A stretch of DNA of 60,000 nucleotides from Botryllus schlosseri (taxonomy: Eukaryota): assembly GCA_051294905.1 (NCBI GenBank), contig CM119373.1, forward strand, positions 5,086,001 through 5,146,000, read 5' to 3'. The position numbers and the translations under genes are program-made. The notes beneath the pieces are model-generated. The model had not been told where the DNA came from. It did not search any database and saw only the letters and a list, made by a program, of their open reading frames with translations. Position 1 is the first letter of the stretch. Each line of letters opens with the position of its first letter. Positions 33,746 through 46,781 of this stretch are shown here, in pieces.

Positions 33746-35635
33746 CTCTACGCCATCAGCAGTGACCCCCTGTCAAGAAAAATCGAAAACGACAAAAAAA
33801 ATAAAGCCATTTAACATCGGCAAAACGAAAATCAAAATTCAGCAATACGCTGACGATATAACCTGTTACCTAACCTGCGAAAAGGACGTAAAACAAATAT
33901 TAGGTGAATTTGGCAAATTCGAACGCGCAACGGGACAAAGACTAAACACCGGAAAAACCGAGATACTACATATTAACCCGATAAAACATCGAACTCGAAT
34001 CCCGGAACTGGAAAGCAAAAAAAAGATATGATAAAAATACTCGGACAATATTACGGTAAAAATCAAAATAAAGAAACCTGGAAAGAGAGAATAGCCAAAT
34101 TAAAACGTATTTTTTACGCCTACCGGAACAGGAATTTGACATGGACAGGGAAACTTACCATCCTAAACTCCCTCGCGTCAAGTCAGATATTGTACAATGC
34201 CAGAGTAATAACACCGCTCAAAGAGCACATCAAAAACATCGAAAAACTATATTTCGAATTTCTGTGGCATCCACAGAAAATGGAATGTATCGCGAGGAAA
34301 ACGCTCATTGCAAACAAAGAAAAAGGCGGGATCGGATTCCCTGATGTAATAGGGAAAATCCAAACCTGCCAAGCAGAAAAAATTGCAATTCTAAAAAACC
34401 TTGATACCCCAACAGAAATATGGCACAAACATGCCATCTATGAACTTGGTACCAAACTTAAAGGGATTAACAGTAAATTATATAACAACTCAGAAGCACA
34501 TAAATACCCGACACCCAAAAATTGGATACTGGAACTGACGGAAGAAGAATGGGGGGAAATAACACACAAAAAATTGTACACAAAAATCAAAAAAACTGAG
34601 TGAAAATAACCCAACTATTAGATTAGAAAACGGTACCGAGGCAAAATGGTCAAAAATCTGGAAAACGAAATACAAGGGCCAAACCGTCATCACGAAGAAT
34701 TGGAAATAAACTACAGAATTGCAATAGAAGGGTACATATTTGGTGAAAAAAAAGCGAAATAGAAATATGACGCACACCAAATATAACAAACCGCTGCTAT
34801 TAAACTGTAAATTTTGCGGAGCAAAAAATGATAATGCAAAACACCTGATCACGGAATGTACATATATAAAAAAGATCATAAAAAATATAGAATGTGCACT
34901 ACAAATCACGCTCTCCAATGACGCGAATTTGTATAACAATGAAAAAAATAAAATCAACTGGATATTAACATCCATCCTAAAGAGGAAAATCATAATAAAC
35001 ACAAAAATATCGCTCGATATTAATAACGAAAGAGTAGACCGAGAAGACATCGAAAGGAAAACTCTCAAAATAATGAAAAAGAGATTAGAGAGAATAACAC
35101 CGAACCCAGAAACACTCGAATGGGTGGAAAAAATAGCACTATATTTGGAAGAGACACAATAAAATCAGCAGGAAATCTCAAGACAGAAAAAAAAATGAGA
35201 ATAAAATACAGGGTCCCAGACGCAAGCTGGGTCAACCCAACGAAAAATAAAAGGAAAAAAGTGACGAAAAACTCTTCAGGAGAGAGGGGAGGGGCCGTCA
35301 AAGAACCTCCCAACCACTCGCACCCAGCGGTTGGCTTTTGATCCACAAACTAAAATATGAAAATAATAAAAAATCGTTTACATTGGAGTAGTTGGTTGTA
35401 CTAAGGTATACACCATCTAGAAACAAGAATACGCAAATAAGAGACAAAACAAGAAGAAACCGTTAAAAATTACGTTCATAAACTGTTTAAAAATCCCTGA
35501 GTTAGAAAAAAAAAAAAAAACTATAAAAATAAACAAAATGTGTAATAAAGAAAGACCCCGGGCGCGAGGCAGCCCTATTTTGAGAGAGGGCTGCCAAACG
35601 CCGGCGGATACGGGGAGCCGTAAAAAAAAAAAAAA

Positions 35636-35732
35636 TATGGAACGAGAATTGGAATATGGAACAATGCAAGTATGGTATGGAATGGAAGATTTTAATCTAT
35701 GGTATGGAACGACATTTCCATACTTCCATACA
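35636..35732. repeat. TATGG-rich end of an interspersed repeat (related blocks at ~37205-37335 and ~37938-37982)
   Basis: Recurrent TATGG/GTATGGAA units with an inverted TTCCATAC at three loci. Confidence 0.55.
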
Positions 35733-36409
35733 TTGGTGCTTTATACATTTTATCGTGATCTGTGCAAGCTTCATGAAGCGTACGTTGTTCGTTGTTCACG
35801 GAATACGATCGTCGATCTCTTTTGTTATGTGTGAACGTGAACTATTGAACACTGTGTAGGAGCAGATACACGCTTGTGCAAAGGTTTTAGGAGCACTTGG
35901 AATGACTTGATTATGTGATGTAATAATGACAGCAGTAGTAAAGTTGATCCGATATTCTCTCGAGTCGAGAGACACGACGTCTCCGAGTAGAGTCTGTCAT
36001 GTGACACAATAATTGGTAATGTAGGCTACTCCAACTACCTCATTCCTTAAGTGACGACAGCTTACAAACAATGATGATGCAACGAACTAAATGCTCAATG
36101 TGATTGATGATTACATTTCTTCCGAAACATTGTCCGCACATCTATACTATTTATATACCAAATATATCTTATTGGTCATATTTCAAACGATCTCGCATTA
36201 GGATTATAGATCAGGGAGTGGGGTGGATGTAAGTTTGGAATTCTCGCCACGCTAACCCCGACCAAATACTGTACTAATAATCATGCAGATTGCCTGCAGC
36301 TGGGATATTTTATGGGTGTGCCTAAACTATAAATTATTTTGCGAGTATTTACTTCAAACTTGCATGTGCCTCATGCCAATGTACCGGAAATGAGATGATA
36401 TGCATGGAG

Positions 36410-36962
36410 CAGGGGGCGGGCAACTTCTCCAGTCGGCGGGCCGGAAATATGGAAATTAGGTACTTGGCGGGCCGGAATGCTGAATGGATAAATTATTCGC
36501 CCATGTATACAAGGAATAAATCGTATTTAATGAATGTATTTTATCGACAGCAATGTCACTTCAAAGCCATTTCTCGCCGATAATGACTACAAGGTTGATT
36601 TGAGAATAGCATTGCCATACAGGCACCGCCGTGTCTGCTTCTTTCTGATCAAATAACTCACGGTGCAATCCTTAATTAAGATTTCAAAGCGTTTGATAAG
36701 CCCGGTACCAAAAATTTACCAAGAATAAATTCATTAGGGTTCAGCACATCGTAAATGCCGATAATGCAAGTCTTCTCGCTTCGACGAACTTACGCGTAAC
36801 CTCCACTATCGCACGCTGCACAGTGCGCACACCTATATAATTACAGTCACTAAAATTTTACGTTTAGGCAAGTGATTATGTAAGACGGGAAACTGTCCGC
36901 GGGCCGGAAAAAATCTTGTTTCGGGCCGCATCCGGCCCGCCGGCCGTAGGTTGCAGGCCCCT
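36410..36962. mobile_element. Degenerate hAT (Charlie-like) MITE
   Basis: CAGGGGGCGGGCAAC ... GTTGCAGGCCCCT termini, GCGGGCCG subterminal repeats; TSD imperfect. Confidence 0.55.
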
Positions 36963-37389
36963 TTTATGGACAGTACTAGATAACAATCTGCTCACTATCT
37001 CATTTTGCTCGCGGAAGCAGTAGAGTAGACGTACACGGCACCTCACCACCGTGAACTAAACCTCACCAAAACAGACTCTATAAAACTATTACCAGTACTT
37101 AGATTCGCATTAGATTCGCTAGTTTAACCAATAATGACATCCGAAATATCAATAATATAGGTGCTATAAAAGGTACTATACTTATGATATTGAAGTATTT
37201 GAAAGTATGGAATGTATGGAAAGTATGGTATGGAACAATGTTGGTATGGTATGGAAAATTGCAAGTAAGGTATGGAGATAGTAAGGCAAGTATGGAGTAT
37301 GGAAAATTCTCGTTCCATACCATACCATACCATGGGTTCATGTGCCGTGTTGATTACTATATAAATATGTGGTCTATGTACTCTCTCTA

Positions 37390-37423
<34 letters not shown>

Positions 37424-40400
37424 AACTTCTATGAGAATACACCTTTGCATATTCGCAGAGCGCACACGAGTGACAACTGTACCTGATACTGCATCTGCTA
37501 CTACTGTCTGCCTCTAAACGTGGGATACATCCACATTCCGCATGCGCGGCCTTGGTCACGGACCAATTGTGCAATTATCAATCACGGACTCCGCGGCAAA
37601 TTAGCAACCGGCTAATCTGTATGAACAACACCCTTGCGCACGTTAACCGCTGTTCTTGGTTACAGTCGAATCTCGTTTTGCAGTGATATTTTTGCAACAT
37701 ATCGGAACAGCCCAGATCGCACATTCATCTGGGCGCGGTTGATGAACAAAATATATCGTATTCGTGCCCGTCCGGTCTATTTTCATAGTCCTTTATCAAT
37801 TTTAGGATGTCAAATGATCGTCTTATGTTGCGTAGAAACCTAGACACCTTGTATCGATGCTATGCATATAATATATAGTCGACTATCATCATTTAATAGC
37901 CCTCGACAGTTTTCTTTGTATGCACTTCAAATTTATTTATGGTATGGTATGGTATGGAACGAAATTCCGGTATGGAATATGGGGTGCAAGCAGCACCGTA
38001 ACTGCCGCACCCCAAACCCCCCAATTGGGGGGGCCCGAGCTCGAAGGGGGCCCCAAATTATTTCGTGAATTAGCATAAATTCTAGAGTATTTTTTGAAAA
38101 TTTATGCAATTTTTTCCAAAATTTTTCGCGCAGTGCGCGATTTGAAGTTGCCAAATATCTTGATTATTTGGTACTCTTCCCCCAAGAAAAAACACGCAAG
38201 ATTTATAGAAATGGACATATCGGCGTTGGCCATTAATACGCCACTACGCACCAAGATATATAACGATTTAGGACTTATTACATGCGACTCCCAAGAAGTG
38301 TGCCAGAACGATCGGCAGCGCGAAAACCTTGGCCGAAACAGACTGCCCTTACGCAGACCGAAAACTTCGTTATATATACAAAATAATAGGTTTAATTGTC
38401 CATAGGCGCTTAGATGACTGGCGCCATATGTTGCTTCCTGTCTTGGCAATCTGAACCTCAGAAGACAAATACCATCCAGCAGGAAAAAAATATATGCCTG
38501 TGAAGAAATACCAATTTGAAATCGTGTGCGTCTTTTAGTTTAGTACGTTTGAGCGATTCTATATTTTTGATATAGCAGACAGGAGGTCACGAAATAAAAT
38601 CATGTAACGCAGTCATACCAACGGGTCCGGCCGCCCGAAGATGTTTAATTATTATTTACGGGCCCTACAGTTTCCGGTAAATCTGATAACGTGAGCAGAG
38701 AGGACAAGATATTGATAGCAATATATTTGCAATTCCCGATCTTATTGACCGATTGTATCATGAATTATCGAAAATTTTCGCGCTTCGAGCTGGCTCACTA
38801 AACAGTGCAGCTAAGTTCGTGGCAAAAGCGAACACTGTGATGAGGGGGCCGGTTTATCACCCTATGAGACCCCCAAACCCAAGTTTTTGTGGGGGGGGGG
38901 GGGCGAGGCTGACAAAGTGCTGTTTCGTTCCTGCCAACGGGTATGCGCCCGAAGATGTCTAATTATTATTGGGCGGTCCTACGTTTTAAAACATACCTCG
39001 CTCAGCTCTACCGGTAAATCTGATTACGTGAGCAGGGAGAGGATCAAAATTGATAGCAATATATATGTAATTCCCGATCATATTGCCTGAATGTTCTATT
39101 CATACTTCCAAACTTTTCCATTCTTTGTCAGTTTTGCCAGAATCATGGCAGTGATCTTACTTTCGATTTGTCAAATTGATTGGATACCTCAAAAAATCGC
39201 TCACTGAGTGCACGCGGGTCATACTAGTCGTCGGTCACCGGTCCCAGACGTATACACCTAATATAATGCCTCGAGTCGGGTCTGCACGACCGTGTACCTG
39301 CGTCCATGTTGATACCAATTCGTCACTGGGTAGCATTAACTTATTGTCGGGTTGTTCGCAAATCGCGATGTCAGCACGTCACCATCCACACATAACAATA
39401 CCGGTGTTTGTACGATTCAATCATTTGCATGCATGAATATACAATTATACATGCGTTGTATAACTATAACAATCAATGACTTACCGATCGGTATACTCCT
39501 TCTCCATTAACAGTATATCATCCAAGTACACAACGGTACAATAATTTTCGACTGTCTTTGTAATCCGACAAAGAAGCATTAGATCAGGCGTAATGCATGC
39601 GTTACAAATCTGAGCAGATACGTTCGTTATGTTATCATGAACATTTACCACGACCTATCCACACACCGTGGTGTTACAACAACATCAACGCCGACCAGGT
39701 TATCTTCCTAATAAATACATGCGTATATCCGTTCTAATGCACAACAAATTTGTTGTGTTTTAAATCGAAAGGAGATATTCGTATCAGACAATAACGATAG
39801 TTACGTCACGAATATTCAGCATATGTATCGGTTACGTCGTCTAATATACATAGTGAAAGGGCCACGCCTATCACTGCACTACCAACTAGTAGAAGTAGAC
39901 CAACATTCAAGTCAATACAGTTGTCGATGATACCGGCGATACTACATGACGTAATAGACGTGGTTACACCTAGCGCTCGTGCACATAGTCGACATCATCA
40001 TGGGCGTGTATACAGGCGGTTATTATTACTATTGCTTGCGACTGTTTCTGTTGATTGCGACTGTTTCTGTGCAAGTGCGCAAACTACGTAAGGAAAACCA
40101 TTCATAATAATTATGCTCGCATTGAATGACGACAGCTTACCGTCTGTTCAGGGCCCGTTTGCACCATCGAAAAGTCATCATTGAAGTTATTTTTTATTTA
40201 TATAGATCATTCGATAATATGATGCTCTTGCTGTCGAGATCGGTGTATGACCAGTATAATCCAGGTCGTACCATCAATTTGCTCGACCCGGTAACTGTAG
40301 CCCGTGTCGTCTGAAAGGAACATGAGGTAACGTAACCATTTGGTCCTGACTATAATTGTATGCTCCAATGCGACGTACCATACTCGCCTGTATCATCCGC

Positions 40401-40858
40401 CACTCCACTGGTTTCTCCTTCGTCGGACACGGGTTCAACGCTGCAATGTATTGGTGGTAGTCGACGCCATTATAAATGTTATCGTATAATAAATGCTCAC
40501 AATTTGTATTCGGCATGTTCGGCTTCGCCCGCTTGAAGTTGTGTATCCCAACTAAACGCACCACCGTTTTTTTTATAACACCGTGTAGGACAGTTAAGCG
40601 ATATACTGTGTGTACAAACCTGCGTGTTTCTACAGTAGAGATTCCCATATCGACTGAGGAGTCGTCCCTCATCGAGCTGTAACATAACATTATGCCTATC
40701 ATTATCCATGATAGCTGCATATTATACCAACTCAACACACACCAATGGCGTGTCTATACAAGTACTATACAAAGCAGCACTTACTCCTCATCAGTACGGC
40801 TGTGGTAGTCGCCGTCCGTGGCCGCATCTTGGACAGGGTCCACGCATTCTTCGGTCCG

Positions 40859-40966
40859 CTCACGTATTTCAGGAATACCGGCGTATTCGTCCATCTCACG
40901 TATTTCAGGAATACCGGCGTATTCGTCCATCTCACGTATTTCAGGAATACCGACGTATTCTTCCAT
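40859..40966. repeat. 36-bp tandem repeat x3
   Basis: CTCACGTATTTCAGGAATACCGGCGTATTCGTCCAT units; encode EMDEYAGIPEIR in the minus-strand ORF 40781-41260. Confidence 0.9.
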
Positions 40967-42653
40967 CTTTTTCCGTAAATGGCACAGCCGCTCCACTTGA
41001 ACATTAGTAATCAACGTCGGAACTGGCAGTGGCTTGACCACTGTGACGACATAGCGCTCTCGTACCGGACGTGGTGGCATTAGCCTGATGAAGTGTTTGC
41101 GGCTCCCGTATTGGTCGTGCGTATAAAGTAAAAACTGCTGCTTTTTCCGTATGAACGTACAGTGCATGGCTAGTGGGACATTGCATATATTGACATTTTG
41201 AAAACCTGCGAGTGTCGCTGTCCTATCTGTCGCGTTATTATCTTGGACCGGATTCGTCACTGGTCGTCCTTGGAATCAACATTATCACAATTAGCATAAA
41301 CGTTTTGTGTTACCAGCTATGGACAGCGAATTCTCACGTGCCATTATGCAATTTATATTAAGAAAAACCTTCGGAAAACTTATGCTTGCATTGACATGCG
41401 TTACATTCTGCATTGTGTTAGGCACCCCTTTGTACTATCAAACAGTCGTCGCGTTTCATTCCACAAGCTTTAATACTGAATAGTCGTGAAGCACGGAATA
41501 ATTACATAATAATGAATCTTATTTTCAGGGTGGCGTCGGCTTAGGATACCGGCGGAATATAAATTTGAGTCGGGTAAGGCAATCGATTTTCTCGACTCAA
41601 TACTGGTCGTCTTCATTCACTCCTGAAAGCAACATGAGGTAACCATTTGATATTTACTACAATTATGTTCCACTACGACGTACCATTATTATCTGTATCC
41701 GCCGCTACGGTAAGGGGCATATCTTCCGATTGCTGTACTTTCTCGGTGACTGGATCGTTTTCATAGTGAGCGCTGAAAATGTATGGGTCTGAATACGCGA
41801 GACGACGACATTATAAATGTAAGCGCTTAATAAATGCTCACAACTCGTCTCCGGCACGGTCGCTGTCGCTCTTTAATGGCGATGTGAGCTGCGGGTACCA
41901 ACTAAACGCAATATGTTTTTGATGAATACCGTGTATATATATACGACGGTTAAGCGACAGAGTATGTGCACAAACTAGCGTGTTTCTCTGTTATTGAATT
42001 CTCGTTCACATTCGGCCGAGGAGTCGTCATTGGTCGAGCTTAACAATGAAATTATTCAGATTATAATACATTATAGTTAACTATTACAACAACTCTATAC
42101 ATAACATTGGTACTTATATACAAGTACTATACAAAAGTATCACTTACCATGCAGTATCCGTGGTAGGTTCACTGTCCGTGGCTGGACAATGGTAATTACA
42201 CTCTCTAATTTGTGGGATGCTGTTGTTGTCGTCCATGTCGATTTTACGAATTGGTACATTTGTTCCCCTGTTACATTACTAATCAACGCCGGAACCGACA
42301 GCGGCTTGGCCATTGTGACGACTACTGCTATCGTGCAGAACGAGGTGAGCATTCGAATGTTAAGGGTGTTATGGTGACGTCTATTAATCGCTGACATCAT
42401 ACATACCACCAATGGGGTATACAACCAATTATGTATGATTAGCGCATGTTATTACATTGCTTGATAACGAGACAACTTCGCGCATTTCTATTCTTATTTT
42501 GTTTTCTAGCGATCGTTTTGTAAGCTATGCACTAACAATTGTCATTCATCATTGTGAGTACTGACCTGTAATAAAGTAGATTAGTCCTTATGTTGCTGCA
42601 AAGTACATTTCGTTTGTGTCGTAGCGACGGATGCCCATAGCGTTAGACTAGCC

Positions 42654-43363
42654 CAGCGCTGGCCAACCTTTTAAGCCAAAGGGCCACATTCGATTGACGA
42701 ACTTTTGCGCGGGCCACTATCCGCGCGAAGCGCGAAAATTTTCTGAAGTTCATAGCTCAATAATATTGTCACTTGACTATGTTGTGGGCCTGCTATATAT
42801 CGCAGGGCTAAGTTTGCAAGGACTGGACTATTCGGCGCATGGACATATCGATATCGAAAGCTGCGACCAACATGCGTCAATCATATCGTGCCTAGGTTTC
42901 ATAGTCGACAGTCTTACTGCGAGCGCAAACGCGAAGTCGCATATGCTGAAGGACACTTTGTCTCGTAATCGCGAATATGGTTGGACTCAATCTGATACAT
43001 TAGGTGTTCTTCCATTTTGGCAAAAGGGCAACAATATTAAAAACAAGAAATCGAGTGACAACATATAGCGCTAAGCTTGTAGAAAATTTTTAACTTTGAT
43101 AAATTTATCGCAACTTATTCTGCTTTATTGTAGTGTACGAATATCTACCAATATGTGAATGGCTGATGGATATGTCAATGCGTCGGAACTGATATTTTAG
43201 TCATCACATCCCAAGTGTTGCGGCCAGACTAATCAAATTATTGGTTGGCCTTGCAAGTTTACAATATGTGCAATCCATTTTTGATGATATTAGAAATTTC
43301 GGAAATTACCTCGCGGGCCACTGAAAACCTTCTCGCCCGCGGGCCACGGGTTGGCCGGCCCTG
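42654..43363. mobile_element. Non-autonomous hAT (Charlie-like) element
   Basis: CAGCGCTGGCCAACC / GGTTGGCCGGCCCTG termini, 8-bp TSD GACTAGCC. Confidence 0.85.
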
Positions 43364-43855
43364 GACTAGCCCGTCCTGCCGATTTTTATATCCCGATATC
43401 AATGTCAGTACGTCAAATGAACATATTATTTCGCGTCAAAATCTACATATATGATATGCATATAGTAGATCAGTGCTTTAACCTTTTTTCCTCTAGCGCC
43501 CCCTTTCAAAAATTATCGTGCTCCAGCGCCCCCCCACCTCATATTGTAAGGACTGTAATAAAGACAGTGGGTAACAGGGAGCACTTCGTCAGCTCCCCTC
43601 AAAAAACGATTGTCTTGGGCACCCATCGCGTGATAAACCAAACTCATGAGAGGGCTTGGCCACCAAGAACCCCGTAGCGTGATTTCGATGGTCAGCAAAG
43701 TTTATGTGGCCTGGTTGCCGTAGGAGCCAAAATTTTCTATAATGCATGAATGAAATAGGTTGTAATTGCATATATATGTCACTATACACTTTTTATTCTC
43801 TCAGCCCACGTAATCAGATTTACCAGTAGCGCTGAGTGAGCTGTTGCATTGGAAT

Positions 43856-46781
43856 CAGACATGGGGTGATTACTTTATGAATGTAATCGATTGCGATTAC
43901 GATTACTTCGGAATCACGCGATTACGATTACGATTACGATTACAGCAAAATACAGAAGTAGTCGATTACGATTACGATTACATTGAAAAAGTAATCACGA
44001 TTACTCACGATTACATTTGTTTTGCTTAGGACTATAATCTTAAATGATATATGGGAAGACAATACAAGGATTGCGATGAAAAGGCTTAATGAGATATCAA
44101 CTTTCTTCATACATCATGCGTCATTTCCTTATTACGTCATAATGTATCAATTGCCCAACTTTATAGTGGATGATTTATCGCATCCAACGATTTGCATTAT
44201 TGCCAGGTCTTTACCTGCCACACCCCAAATTCCTTAATAGAGTGGGGAGCGTGCTCGAAGGGGACTCATAAGTATTTCGTAAACCAACATATATTATAGA
44301 GTATTTTCGAGAATTTAATTAATTCTTGTAAATGTTTTTCGAGCTTTGTGATTCAAATATCTCTAGTACAGGGGTCACCAACGCGGACCAAATGAGTCGC
44401 CCGCGGTCGCTGTAGTAGTGATGGCTTTTGGGGTGGGCGAGGTGGGCGGTCGCCAGGGGTGAGGGGCTGGTCGAAGGGCTCCCCTATTTGGATTATGCGC
44501 TTTTTTCAAGGATAATAACGAATAAACACGGAAAGTCGTGTAAGGCAAGAATAGGATTCCGTACAGATGTGTCAATCATCATCAAATCTCTGCATTTGTT
44601 AGAAAAGTACCATATCCCGATAATCATCACGTCTCTGCATGCGGTAGAATTACTTAGTTTTAATGTCGTCTATCTTTGCACACATGAAAAAATAGACATG
44701 GCTGAATTCAGCACCTGGCCAAACCTTGATAGATAGATAATAGTAACATATGCGAAAGAGGGGTCTGGGGGGGCGAAGCCCCCGATAAGTTACGGATAGA
44801 TACTTATAGGGGGCCCCCGGTAAGTCTCGCCTAGCAAATATCCAAATGAGAAATTTGATAGTTGAAGCTCGTTTCATATGAGCAGCAGTTGAACATGGGT
44901 CGGCCGACGCCAAGGAACATACGAACGCGGTCGCTCGGGGCATTGCTTGTCTTCGCCCACGCGGCGGCTCAACGGGAATCTATAGTTAATATTCCCGAGT
45001 CTAGACGCGGAGATCGGCTCTTCTGTGCGCACTGCAACAACGCAACTGAGCTTGGAGGAGCTGGTGTGGGACGTGTGAGTCCCTGCGAGTGAGCGTTTTT
45101 TCTTGGTAATGGGGGGAAACCCGGCCCAGTGCTCTGATTGTCTTACTATAAGTGAAGAAATCCAACTGAACATGGATAAACGGACGGCAGTACGTGGTAA
45201 CCCGTCGGTCGTCGCAATAATCAGTACACACTACACAAGAAGTAGCTTTTCGTTTCAAAACAGTTGGTGACTTCTGTTCCAGTAGATAGCTGGGTTTGAA
45301 ATGCATACCTCTTCCCCTCAAGAAAACACATACATAGGCTATATTTTATGGGAACAGGCATTTCGTAGCCGGTCATTACCGCGGCACGATCCCACAACAC
45401 CAAAAGACATATGCAGTTTCGGCCAACACGCAACTCCACGGGATGTGATACCAAAGAAATACCTTGGCCGAAACTTAGGGTATTCGTCAATTGTCAATAG
45501 CCACTCTGAGTGGGCGTGACTAATAACTCCTGTCCTTCCAATCTGGGCCCACAATGCAAATGTCACCCGGCGCATCCACAAATGAATAAAGCCATGACAA
45601 TTTGTGTGTGCGTCTCACAAAAGATATTCTTTTAGTCTGCTACGTTTGGGCGAGTACAATATCTTGTGATTATACAACGGACTGGAGGTCGCGAATTAAC
45701 AACATACAGTAATTATAACAACATACCAGATGCTATGAATATGAATTACGTGCCCCAGCTTCACAGGTAAATCTGACACTCGGGGCTCAGAGAGGTTATT
45801 AATGAATAGTAATATAATGCAATTACCAATATTATTGACGAAATTCACCTTTGAAAATTGACCAACGGTTGGACAGGGGAATTGCTGTTTTGGCTGAATT
45901 GCTGATTCTAGCTACCTACAACCCACGCTAACATGTCAGGGGCTATATAAGCGGATGGTTATGGCGGCAGGTCCAAATGCTAAGTAACGAACTGTGAAAT
46001 AACGATTGACGCCCGTTTCAAGTAGTTATATGAGAATAAGATATGGTTAACATAAAAATTCTGCCTTCAACTTAATACATATACAGCGAAGTGCTGTTAC
46101 GAGAAACGGCTAAGCACGGCTCGGTTATGATATATATCAGCAGCTGTTTATTTGTAATGCTTCGTTGTGGAAACTGCAATGTCTTATTCGACGAGTACAA
46201 AATTCCGAATCTTCGTCAGGTGCACGTGCGTACGTAGGCCTCCTGCTCGCCAAGCAGCAATGGTAAACTGCGTTTAACTAAGCACAACCAAACATTAATA
46301 CATAAGTTACTATTTGAAACTATAGGCAGAGTGGTGATCAATATCCTGCTGCGAGGTATCGGCTTCTGTAGTGTATTGATAACCTGATATACACCACGGG
46401 AGGTATTCTTACAATCACACTACAATGTCCATCGCATGTCTGTTTACTATGTGTGGATACTTGTTACGCAATGACGAGCGGAGCTAATACTTCTGACGTA
46501 ATAATGAGTCAGTGGCGTTTGAAAACAGACGTTCGTGCTATCGCTAACGTGGTATATATCTCATTCTTGTTCACGAATATTCAGTTTATGTCATAGTCCT
46601 TGTACAAACAAAAAGTAATCATTCTTTCACAAACAAATCGATTAGATCTGGGAAGTAGTCGATTACGATTACGATTACTTCGGATATTTTTCGAATGTAA
46701 TCGATTGCGATTACGATTACTTCAAAATGCTGTAATCGCCGTAATCGATTACGATTACTAATCGCGATTACCCCATGTCTG
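43856..46781. mobile_element. Nested hAT-type element with GATTAC subterminal repeats
   Basis: TIR CAGACATGGGGT/ACCCCATGTCTG, 8-bp TSD ATTGGAAT, (CGATTA)n at both ends. Confidence 0.88.
45000..45600 (-). pseudogene. Possible piggyBac-like transposase remnant
   Basis: Fragments LTIDE and a C-terminal CVVC...RRVTTYC resemble the piggyBac catalytic and Cys-rich domains; highly decayed. Confidence 0.35.

Larger units (their letters stand above)
28603..35162 (+). pseudogene. C ORF2 (APE-RT-CCHC), disrupted
   Basis: Fragments with GDYN, VSDH, NWRPITLLN, DQEKAFD, QQYADD and CKFC..HLITEC; two MITE insertions and small tandem duplications. Confidence 0.86.
26696..35635 (+). mobile_element. Tx1/L1-clade retrotransposon copy C (full length, decayed, two MITE insertions)
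   Basis: SL-like head at 26696-26718, hairpin array, ORF1/ORF2 remnants, 3' structure and poly(A) at 35622-35635. Confidence 0.9.

Noticed and set aside
1641..35068. Numerous minus-strand ORFs over the LINEs (e.g. 8997-9659, 21969-22835)
   Set aside because: They are Ser/Phe/Val-rich shadows of the A-rich sense strand and are not conserved between copies.
929..35635. Array as an assembly artefact or segmental duplication
   Set aside because: The five units are strongly diverged, have independent lesions and MITE insertions, and have TSD/poly(A) junctions.
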